Assembly (NCBI GenBank): GCA_976226885.1
Contig: OZ320317.1
Coordinates: 51,894,001 to 51,958,000, forward strand
Reading direction: 5' to 3'
Length of the DNA: 64,000 nucleotides
DNA from: Iphione sp. A-MEVVRFRX5
Lineage: Eukaryota
How positions within the stretch are numbered: the stretch's first letter is position 1; every line of letters starts with the position of its first letter. Positions 37,601 through 49,600 of this stretch are shown in pieces. Below the pieces are notes generated by a model that was not told the DNA's origin, made no database searches, and was given only the letters and a program-made list of their open reading frames with translations. The translations under genes were made by a program, and so were the position numbers.

Positions 37601-40600
37601 ATTTGGCAATAACCATTGGGCGTATTTTGTCTGGACCTGTGGTATTGCAAGCCAGCACAACAGTGATACGATCCTTGGAGCACTTTTTACCTTTAACTGG
37701 TTTAGTGGCAAGTATAAACGTTGGCTTCAGTCTGTAGAATAACCCTGTCTCATCCACATCATAAATGTCCTCAGGATCATATCCAGCTAATGCTTCTTGG
37801 AGAGACGATCTTCCATCTGACACCTCAATCAAATTAGCAGACGCAGACTATCCATGCTGCCGAAACATCTTGATGGAGTTATCTGTCTTGAATTGTCCTA
37901 ACCAGCCACAACTGTAGCTGAATGTCTCCAAGCCAAGCTGTCCTCCCAGGGTCTGAGTTTTATCAATCATCACCTCATTGCTGACAATAGCACCCCAAGA
38001 TCAGACATCATGGAACCACAATAATAATGCATGTTCCAGGTTGGCATGAGCTGGTGATCATGAATGGCACATGTTTCCCTCCTCCTCGGCCAGAGACAAC
38101 CAATGTGCAGAATGCTTCAAAATGTTAGAGATGGTGGAGCGGGGTATGGAGAACCCCCATTTTCCAGAGAATTTTGTAACAAGGTCGCCTTCTGAACATG
38201 CTGGGTTAGCTACCCGGTATGCACACAGCTGCTCCTTCTGCTGATTCGTAATACAGTTGCATCGACGTTTTGGAGATGGTTGAGACATTTTCCAGGTTCC
38301 AAAGTTGAGTGAATGAAGAACACCTCGGAGCGCCTCCCTTATAACCACTCCCAAGTCCAGAAGGATGCGCACTTGGAGACATATCCATCTCATGCAGACA
38401 CACAGTGGATAGGACATCCTCCCTTGAAATTCAATAAATTACCCCTAAACAAAGGTATGCGACCAATAATCACTCACACACAGAGCCACAAGCCTTTGTG
38501 TGTGATACCCTAATCCCCAATCATCGTTTCTATGTTGTTTGAAGAATTCATGAGTGACTGATGCTACAGGGAGTGGGTATCACTCACACTCTTGTGTCGG
38601 CCCATGTTAATGACAGCATGTTGCCCGCATACCTAAGAAAACACTCCAGAAAGTTGCATTCTGGTTAAATGTATTTATTTTAATTATAAATAGTCTAATA
38701 TTGCAGTTAAACAAATGTATTAATTTTAATTATAAATAGTCTAATATTGCAGTTAAATACAGTCCAATTGATGGTTAACAGATTCTGGTTAAATAGTACA
38801 ATTTATATCATGAAATAATTCGTTATTTAATGTTAGTCCGGTTATTCTGATTATCAGGACTCTGGTAGACGAGGTCCCTCTGTATAAACATTTTAAAATG
38901 GAGACCTGGAGATGGTGTTGCCTTTAGTGTCTGTAAGCTGTTTTATTGCATCAGTGGACTTGAAGAATGCATATCATACTATGCTGATTTGGACTCTTTA
39001 TAGTAAATATTTGGTTTTTTCTTGGCAGGGCACTGTTTATCAGTATGATGTTTTGCCCTTTGGATTGTCATCTGCCCCTAGGATCTTCACCAAGATCATG
39101 GCTCTCCCCCATGTGAGCTTTTAGTGTCCTGTATCTGTATCTCAGTTAGACACCTGTGTCCTTATACTGGTACAAAGTCAAGGTCACACTTCACTGTAAG
39201 TTTATGTAACACACTAATTGTACATCTAGATTTAATGGCAGTTAAATTCGCTACTGACCCGTGACATCCATAAAAGATCTGACTCGCTGTAGTCCCTTCA
39301 GACTGGTCTACCAGGCTGTGTATCTGCCCACCCACCTTTCTGATTCTGTCGGTCTTGTTGTATATTTACTTGGGTGGTTGTTCTGTCCCCTGTTGCTCCA
39401 TACTCCTCTTCTTCATCTGCTCTACTGTTTCTTTCTACCATTGAATTTCGCTTCCCATGAGCTGCTACTAAAATTGCCAAATTAATAGACAAAAACTTGT
39501 ATGGCACATAATCCTTGAAAAGCCATTAATGTAAACATTTCCATCGAGACTTGAAACCTTTTGAATGGAAACTAAGTTATTTTAAGGGTAATAATGACAC
39601 AGACACAGTGACACGGAGCTTGCTTTGTGCTTTAAGACATAACTTCAGTCACAACTACAATGGTTCTTATCAAAGAAAGAGAGCCACTAATCTTGTCTAT
39701 ACACAGTCGTCCCTTCAAAACTAGCACATGCCATTCCCAGTGATTTGTCGGTTATATGATACCTGTCAGTTGTGCGAATAGATTTTGGTAGAGGATCAAC
39801 ATACATATTTACAAGTAGGTCAATCGGTTAAGCATTATTGTCAAATATGTTGTCAGTTATGGAGGGACCACAGTATACATATAACTTTGTTGATTACTTC
39901 ATTTATGTCAATTAAATTGACCCCGAGGTATGAAATAATCCGCAGTTTTTGAAATAGATCTACATGAATCAAGGGATAATTTTATGTACAGCCACACTTT
40001 CACTGCAGTCAGAGTTGTAGATTGACTACTTTCTTATTTGGGATAAGAAGTGAGAAATCATTCCATTAGTATTTGCTTTGGATTGCTCTAACATGATTCT
40101 GCCGAAGCTCTTCATCACATTACTTACATTGTTCCTAAATCATAATTAACATAAAGATAACTAACTTATGCAATCTGTCAAAAGAATGAACTCTTTTACA
40201 TTGAATTTATCCATAGAAATTTTTTTCAGTTTTGAAGGACTCTTTGTAATTATATAAACCGAGCACACGTAGTAACCGCGACAATACATCGGGTCTAACT
40301 ATAGATCATCATTGAATTATTTATCATCCAGAAACGTCACTAATTTTACTAATAATGTCTTACTTAAGTCTATAAATGTGTCAGGCGTTATTTTATAATT
40401 GTTAAACTGTTTTTAATCCTAGTTCAAAGGTAGTTGTTATACTTATCATACACATTAGGCTGTAGTTAGTTTCTAGAGCACATACACTGCAGGTGGGAGA
40501 ACCTAGATCTTTCTGGCTCATATTTCTGATAGTAACATTTCTCTTCCAAGTTAATATAAATTGGGTTTAATTCATCAGAGTTATACTGTCACGAACAAAA

Positions 40601-43600
40601 AACCAATATTGGTCAAAAATATATCATTCGGGATGAGTGATATTGTCACTATTTTTCTGGTTGTTTTTTTAAGTTATGTGTTTGGTTTTAACCGGACGAT
40701 ACATTCATCTAGTTTTTAAGATTGTCTGTGGACGATGTTCTTCACACATTGCCAATGATGATTGTGAGTACTAAGAGGCTAATACTGGTATTCAGTTCAA
40801 AATAATCGTGGTTGCACATTGGGCGGATTGTTTGAATTAAGAATACAGGTAACAGTTTTAACAAATTATGCATGCGGTTTCTATAATATTAGGTTCGGGT
40901 TTTCATCGTTTTCACCGAATGACAATGTAATCATTTGCTGCTTTACTTTAACTTCATATCGTGACACCCCTTGGAATCGTTAACTTTTTCTCTATGTGAA
41001 GTACATGTATCTAGTATTCCGTTGCTAAAAATGAAAAAATAATGATGGAAGATAATGCCGTACATGTATTTAGTTATTTCCGTTAGAAATGCAGAAAGAG
41101 TAGTTGACATCTGTTCACCTATGATGTTAATAATTCACACACTTAGGAGCAAAAACTAATGTTTTTCAGTTAATAAAGTCATGATTAAAGAGGAAATGAC
41201 CGATTAATTACTTGGAGTACCTGTATCTTGTGATCAACCGACTTTGAATTAACATGCCTCTGGCATCTTTTTATCTGTAACTTTGGCTGTTGGCCATTAA
41301 AGTTGTAACTTCGTCGCTACGACCGCTCTGGGCACTACATGTACTTAAATATTGCAATTCGCTGGTTCGACAATGATAAAATAAGAGTACATAGCAAGCA
41401 GGAAAAGACTGCCCATAGTGGGCGAATGTCTCCTGCTAGTTTAGTTCGAGTAAGCTGGAATATGAACCAGACTGACTGGCTGCATTTTTCTGTATTTCAA
41501 ATATATATATAGGAATGCGTAATGTTTTAGTTAACCAATCAATACCAAGATGGGCGTAAATAAAGAAGAATATAAGAGGGATATTATACTTTAGGTACAG
41601 ATCTAAGGGCCTTTTCCTAAGAAGCTTTGGGGGAAAGAAGTGAAGAAGTAGAATTTGTCGGTGCCTCATGGATATAGCTTGGAACCACAAAATGCATTCT
41701 CACTGAATATGTGGTCAGCGCTAGTGCACAATACTATTACATTATTCATATTCCAAGGCCATAGGCCCAGTAGTTTGTAAGATTTGTCCAATAAAAGCAG
41801 TATTCCTTAAAGGCATTCCTATATATGTATAGGCAGTCAGCAGTCTGAAGCATAGGTGTTCCCGCTGCCTCTATAATCACGGGACAAAACGGAGCACGGT
41901 TTGGTGACCGAGCACGACTAAAGGGAAGCGCACAGTAATTTGTAGACATAACAGATATATGGAATGTACAAACATACAGTGAACACGAAGTATTTGGTAG
42001 GAAATTTGTACATATATAAACAGTAGCGTGAGTCCAGTGCAGTATGCATTTTTTATTGCATACGATATTGATCGTGTCACACTTTTCAAGATAAGCATTA
42101 GCACAAGACGTGGCAATACATCCACTCAGTGAAGCAACCGTGAACTGAATGGAGATTCCCAGTAGAAACCTTCCAAATGACACAGAAGTTGTCCTTGAGA
42201 TATGTGAATGACCATGGGTACGAAAATCTTTGAATGGGGCTAGGGTGGGGTGACCTCAAAGGTTTTAGCCATAGGGCACATCCATCACATTCATCCCAAA
42301 AGGCGCTGTAGAGTGTAGATGCTGGATTCAATTGAATCCTATCAGGTCCCTTAACTTCTTGGCTCTCGTACTTCCAGGGCATGCATGTACGAAGTTTACA
42401 GTGTGTATCTCCATATCAAGTATTCCTTGATGGGATGTACTGTTGAAGTGTTGAGCAACACTCGATGCAGGGTTACTCGTGCTAATGCTGCCAAAATGGC
42501 CTTAGAATCTATCCATCAGTTGTTTCTTAGTTTGTCCTACATATTGCTTTCCACATCTCATGCATGTGATGCAGTATGTCCAGGTGGAACTCTTGAAGGA
42601 TGCGTTTTATTTACTAAATATTCTCTGCCAGAGTAACTGCACTTTATTCCCACAGTTCTTGTGATCCTGTGATAATATCTGCAGTTTCTGATCTTTCAGC
42701 ACCTCTGCTCTTTGGTAGTGTGGTCTACCACACCCCTAGGGTGTGAGAACCTGGCTCTGACCAATACATTTCTCAGGTTCTTTGCTCTGCGATTTGCGAT
42801 CAAGAGACCTGCTTCATGTATCGTTCTGGTGGCATATGATTTTCCAATGATGTCCCAGTTTAATTTCACCTGATTCCTTCTTTCTTTGAAACCTGGATTG
42901 AAGGTGGTTACCAGTATATTGGTCAAGAGCGTATCATCTGGGTCTTTGCAGATGGTTGCAAGAGGCTCCTTCTTCTAATGAGGCTGCTCTGGCATATGAG
43001 GTCGATACCGGCTCCGGGGGGGGGTATCAACATCTGAGGAAATGGCATTCCATTTTGACACAAGTTGATACAAAATTACTTGTTTTATTTGATATCCTAC
43101 GCACTCGAAGGAATTGACAATATGGGATTCCTTTCTTACAGTGCATAGGGTGGGCAGATGAGAAATGCAGGTATTTATAACCATTCGTAGATTTGTTATA
43201 AACCTTAGTACGCAGTTCCTGGTTCTCTATCTACATAGTAGTGTCGAGGAAAATAATCGCCTTCTCTGACAGTTCCTCTGTATTAAGGAGATGCCCTTCA
43301 CCCTAGAGTTTGTTTTTTATGAATTCTAGGAAGTCCTCCTTGCTATGGTCCCATATGATGAAGATATCATCAACGAATCTGACTCCATAATCTTGGTTGG
43401 AGGCGATACGTACATATATACGAATTATTCCTCAAAATATGTTATAAACAGGTTTGCTTATGTGGTGTCTACCCTAGTCCCCATAGTTGTTCCTGATACT
43501 TGTAGATAGTTCTTTCCATTGAACTGGAAGTTGTTCATTGTCAAAAACATCTTCAGATACATACGCTAGCCACGTCTTACCAACATCTTCAGAGTTGGCA

Positions 43601-46600
43601 CAGGCTGGTATTACTCAAACCTGTTGTAAGATCAGGGCTGTATTTGGCCAGAGTCCTGTCCACTGCCCTTAGTCCTTCTATGTGAGTTGTACATTTGTGT
43701 ATTTGTGTAGTAAGGATGTAACATCCATCATACATAGGTTACACTTGTTCTTTGGCAGATTTATCTGTCCTAGTCTCTATAGAAAATGTGTAGTGTAGGA
43801 CCTTAATGTAGGACCTTGACTTTTCCGTAAAGGGTCTGAGGACCATATCTAGCAGTGCTGATATTTTCTCAGTCGGACATCCATTAGCTGATAGTATAGG
43901 TCTGCCTGGCGGTGGTAGCTTAGGATTTTGTGCTTTGGTTGAAAAATACGGACAACGTGTCATTGGGTTGCGAGTTAGGACGCTGTCTATGAAGTCTTTG
44001 TTCAGTTCATCCTTGAGCATGTAACCTATTCTGAGATTTAAAAAAAAGAAGAAGAGGATTATCAGTTATTGAAAGTGTTAATGGAAATTAGTCACGAATT
44101 TCCTTTCATCTCGGCCGAGTTACTTATGTGTCATTCTCATTCATTCTAAGCACTTATTTGGGCTATGTGCAGTTTCCTTTCATGTGAAGTCAGTGGTCTC
44201 AGCTCCAAACACACGCCCTGTGGTGTAATTTCTGCGATATTGTCAGGACTAGGTAGGGGTCGTTAAAACATTGCTGTTGCAGGGACCCAGAAAAACATTT
44301 GAGTTAACTTGCTGCACTGACTTAACATTTACCTAGGGAGGCCTGTCTTTATCTGATTGTTCTGTTCCAACACCTGCTTCATCACTCCATAGTGGCAATT
44401 AACCCATTGCCGTTTTATGTAATAATGACACAAAATAAACTACAACAATTGGTGCAACTGGTAGAGAACCTATGACAGCTACAGGTCTACTACGACAGCC
44501 TACATACTGTCTGTACAAAAATCAAGATAGGTCTGGTCTTTCCAAGTACAAAAGACCAAGTTCTAACGATCAGATTTTGATAAAACTTATACCAAATGAA
44601 AACTGAGGACCCAAGAAAGAAAATGAGCAATATCATGGCTCCATTGGTATGGATTCTATGGCCCTGGAAAGTTTTGCCAGTTATGTGCCCGTTGCTCGCC
44701 GGTTACCCACGTAAAAATTAAACAACATAATTTTACATTGTAATGATGTAATTCAGCGATCGGTCAATTAATTCACTCCTGGGTCAAAATCTACTCAGGT
44801 TTTAATTGACACCAGCAATCAGGTGGCAGCTGAACATACAATTGTCCACTTCTTCAATGACCCTCCCCTTTTACTACTGTCCATCTCTCCTTTTCTACTG
44901 CCCCCCTCCATTTCCCACTGCTTACACCCCCTCCTCACTGTTCTCATGCCTTTACCTTCTGTTTTCACTCTTTTCTTACCACCATTCTCCGCCTATTTTC
45001 TATCGTCCAAGTCCTCGTTTCTATCACCGACTGTCAGTGTCTCTTTATACAGTCCCCACCCCTACCTCATCATCCCCATCTCTCTGCCTACTGCTCCAGT
45101 CTCATCTATAGGGCCCCCCCCCCCTTTTTAAGGTTGCTGTCCATTCCTCATTGTCTCTGGGTCTTTCCGTACCATCTCCATATTAAGTGGAGATCAGACC
45201 TGCTACAGTGTCGAGTGTTACACAGCAGGTAGACTGATCACAGGAGGCCAGACCTACTAGAGCACTGAGCGTTAAAGAGCAGGCGGTTTGACCTCCTCTC
45301 CTGGCAGGGATAGCCTGGTCGCCTCAAAAGGCCGTTCAAATTCTCTATATTTGAGGCGGCATCTAGGCATGTTATACAAGATTTACTGGAAGCACTGACA
45401 CTTTTTGTGAGAAAGACTCCTGATCGGGTCAGTCTTGAGAGAAGAGAGGAAGCCCTCGACCACGAGGACAGTGCCAGCCGTGTGGTTGGCCTGGTAACGT
45501 AGTCGTAGGGCCTGGTCATGGATGCCCGTATTAGCAGGAGATGGATGTGTCGGGAAAGAGGGTGGCGGGGATGGGGAGTTGGCGTTGATGACGGGGTGGA
45601 CATCATGTATGAAATATATTAATATACATTTATCATTTGCTTGAAATGCACACGGTGTGTACTGTTTCGGCTCAGTGACAACGAAATTCCACCTAAAACC
45701 GCAGCGTATCCACGGTTATAGATTTGTTTTCAGAAATGTGCACCTACTATGACTTTCCCATAGCAGCCGTATCTGCACACTATAACTGGTTCTTCCGCAG
45801 ACTAGTTCCAGTCCATCCCGTCATGTCCCATCCCATCCCTACTGTACGGATCCCTTCTCAGAGTCCCTATCGCTTTCCCCCTTACCCTATCCTCCTTCCT
45901 GTAGTATCACTGCCCTAACTCCTTTTCACTGTTATCATCCCTTGCTGAGTGACACTATCCATCTTGACTGTCCCACTCGTTCCTCCCTGTCCCTCTCTAG
46001 CTCCCTCCTTCCTTCTGTCTTTCTCTTTCTTTCCTTCCCCTTTCTTGCTCTTCCCTCCTGGGCACCTACCCTTCGCTTTCTGTATGTATTCTTCTCTCTT
46101 TTCTTGTACCCCCTCTTTCTCTGTGGCCCCTACTCTTCTTCATTTTGCCTTGCGTCCCTTCTTTCTCCTTATTCTCGCCTCTCTCTTCTTCATTGTTTTC
46201 TTCATTGTTTCCCTCTCTCTTCCTGACTTCCCTCATGTCTACCTTGGGCTTACTCTTATGTCTCATGCCTGTTTCACTCATTCTTTCTTTCCTGTGTTGT
46301 CCAATCAATAATATGTATTCCCTCTCCTCCTTCCTACTTATCTATCACCTGTTTTATCTCTCGCCCTCCCTGTCTCTCCTTCACATCTACTCACTAAGCC
46401 TTAATCTTTCACTGTCTCTACCTTTACTCCATGTCGCTTCTGTACCATCCGTTCCCTACTCCATTTTTCCCTCAGCCCTCTCTTTGTCAATACCCAAACT
46501 TACTCCATTGCTCTTTAAAACCCTAGCTCTCTTAATCATCCTCTCCTTCCCTTGATCCTTTTTTCTGGCCATCCATTTGTCCGGTCTAAACATATCCCCC

Positions 46601-49600
46601 TGTTTTTTTGCTGTCCCCGTTATTACCAGATACCCAGCACTCCCTGTTTCTACCTCTCCTTTGCCCATAATTCCACTCGAGCACCTTCCCCTGTATTATT
46701 TCTCCTCTGCATTCTCTTCTGCTTTTTTTGCATTCTTCCATTCCTCATCTCTTCCGTGCGTTCCAGTCTTCGTGTTGTTATCCCATCCCTTTTGTACTGA
46801 GCACGTACCCCCTTTACACAGGTGGAAGAACAATGATAATAGATCTAACATAATACACAACTTACCTGGACAATTATTTCTTAAATGAATATCATTGTAC
46901 ATGTACAACCATCACGGCCTGGGTAGTCTAGATGTTTTAACACATCGTTTGGTACACTCTCACAATTTTGTAAGCGAAAATGCTACTATTCCATCTGCAC
47001 ATCATGTATCACATAGCCCCGGCTGTAAACCAGCCCATTGGCTGATGCCGGTCAGCTGTTTAAAAGAAATATTTTAAAAAATCTTTTCAGTCCTCTATCT
47101 CCCTAGCCATTGTGCCCTCACTCCTCTGTCTTGAGCCTACTAATCTCTCTCTCCTCTGTATCACTCCCCAACTCTGTCACACTGTATCTTGCATTGACTT
47201 GACAGAAAGACAGGCACATTCCAGGCCCATGGCCAGGAAGTTTTCTGGGGGGGGGGGGGGGGGGTATCGGACGGTACCCCCAGTACCCCACAGGTGGAAC
47301 TTTTTTTTTTTTTTTTTTTTACCCCTATGAAAGCCTGTTGGCATTATTGTTCTGGGGGGTATCAGACGATACCCACGTTACCCCCTTGGCTACGTGCCTG
47401 TATTCCCATCCAGCAATTAGACAGTTGGGTATGGAAAGGACTGGACTATGGCAACATCTGTTTCCCATATTGAAAATATTGATGAGGTATTTTTGTTTTG
47501 GCTTTTGTTACTTACGAAACATTGCAGAATTTCTATGGTTCGCTCAGAGAGTCAAGGTATATGTGTCATGCTTGTTTAATATAGGTCATTCTATTTTTTC
47601 TGCATCTACCCAATTTTTTTTCTTTTGAATACTATCATCTAAAATTTCATGACACTTTACCCAATATCTGTGAAGTTAACCCTCACCTCTCTTGATATCG
47701 AGGTTATTGTCTCTTTACCCACCTTTTATTGTTGTTTGACAAGGTGACCACAGTATATGTTTAGACGTTTTGGAATATGAGTTTCAAAAGATGCAACTTA
47801 TAAAGATATTTCAGCTAATATGTGAGACAGGAGGTATTCTTTTAGTCACTTTCATGATTTCTTTTACTGAAATACGTTAACAGATCCATAAGGAAAATGG
47901 TGCTCGCACTGGTATTGCTTGTTCAGGTGAAAATTTCATATCATGCTGATTTGTCCGAAATGCAAGTTTTCAAACCCAAGATGTGTGTAGATAGATTTAG
48001 CAGAATATCATTGTAGCTGACGTATTACAGTTACACGGAGCTAAACAACGTTATGTTTGTTGTTAATAAATATATGTATACATATATTAAAATATGTAAT
48101 GTAAATGAGTACTGTACTAACCTTTCTTCTCATTTCTCTTTATAGCAAGAGATGGATAAGAAGCTTGCCACAGTGGAGGAGGAGAAACAAGCTGAACTTA
48201 AGCAACGCGATGCCCACTTCCAAGAACAGCTTGTTGCCAAGGTAGATTGAGTGATTTGAAATTAATCAAATGTTAATAGTAATGATAATGAAACTTTGTC
48301 GTACATAAATAAGTAGTCTCCACGGTTATAATAATGACCAGCTATTACTACCATCAAGATAACATCAATGGAAAGAAAAAATTATACATGTACATTGTGT
48401 ATATAAACTAGACTAGGCCATGAAAAATCTATGGATAACAATGTCAAAGCCAGCCCGTAACCTTTAAGTTAAAATCAATCATAGTATAACAGGAAAATAG
48501 GTGAACTTCACAAATTATCCTTTAAAAATACCTAACTCGTATACGCCAGATTCATTTTACTACACTCTTTCATGGCAGTTTTTGGATCGGAAAACAATCC
48601 TTAAAAGTTTAATTAAATATAAATATGAATACATGTATATATTAGATAATGGAGGTAGCGTAGATGTCAATCTGTTGTGGTGGTTATTTGTCCATGATGG
48701 ACATATCACTGAGGGGCCAAATTACAACTGCCATGTGGAAATGTTTTATGACTTGGCTGCCGTTGGTGATGGTGCCGATTTACTTGGCAGTGCTAACAGA
48801 CGTACATTTTAACATGGTTAGTGACAAAACTTTGATGGCTCAGTAATGTGGCAATATCAGTTTTGTTTCTGCTTCGACAACACCTATACCTCTCTTAAAG
48901 AAGAACATTTTAGTTGACTTTCATGACATCCTTTCATTATCAAAAACTTCGGTAACAGAAGCTTCATGTATCTTTGTTGAAGATTCCTCACATTAAACCA
49001 AAAATTATAGTTTATACTGTAAGTCAAGATTTCTTTATAGACAGGCTTCCTTCTAAGAGAATTCGTTAACAGAGGTATACTTTTCTTAGAATTGATGATA
49101 ACTTTCTATATTTACAAATGGAAGAGCATTTGAAAATTACTGTCCATCTGTGGTGTTTCTATACAATAACAGGTGTTTCCATAGCTCTGGGTTAATATAT
49201 ACCAATGATTTGCTAAGCTTTAGAACAAACTCTTCACACAATAGGGAATCCATTTTCAGGGATCAGCGTGCATGTCTCTCCATAAGCCGGTGTTTTCTCA
49301 ATTCATACCCGATAATGCACTCATCTCACTCATTCCTTTCAGGATGAAGAGCTGAAACAGAAAGTGAAGGAGTTACATAACACCATGGCGGAGGCATTAA
49401 AAGAAAAAGAAGAAAAATTGTCTCAGACACTGAAGATGAAGGAGGAGGAGCTGAAGATTTCATTCCGAGAACAGGAGAGCACCTTGCGGCAAACCCTTAG
49501 TGAGAAAGAAGAGGAGATGAAGCTGGCTATTGAGGAGCGAGACCTCCAGAAGATGGCGGCACTCAGTCAGCAAGATAACGAGAAAGATGAGCTCAAACGT

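Noticed and set aside
45942-46908. Many overlapping ORFs, some resembling membrane proteins
   Set aside because: Artefacts of CT-rich low-complexity DNA; the same applies at 63158-63707.
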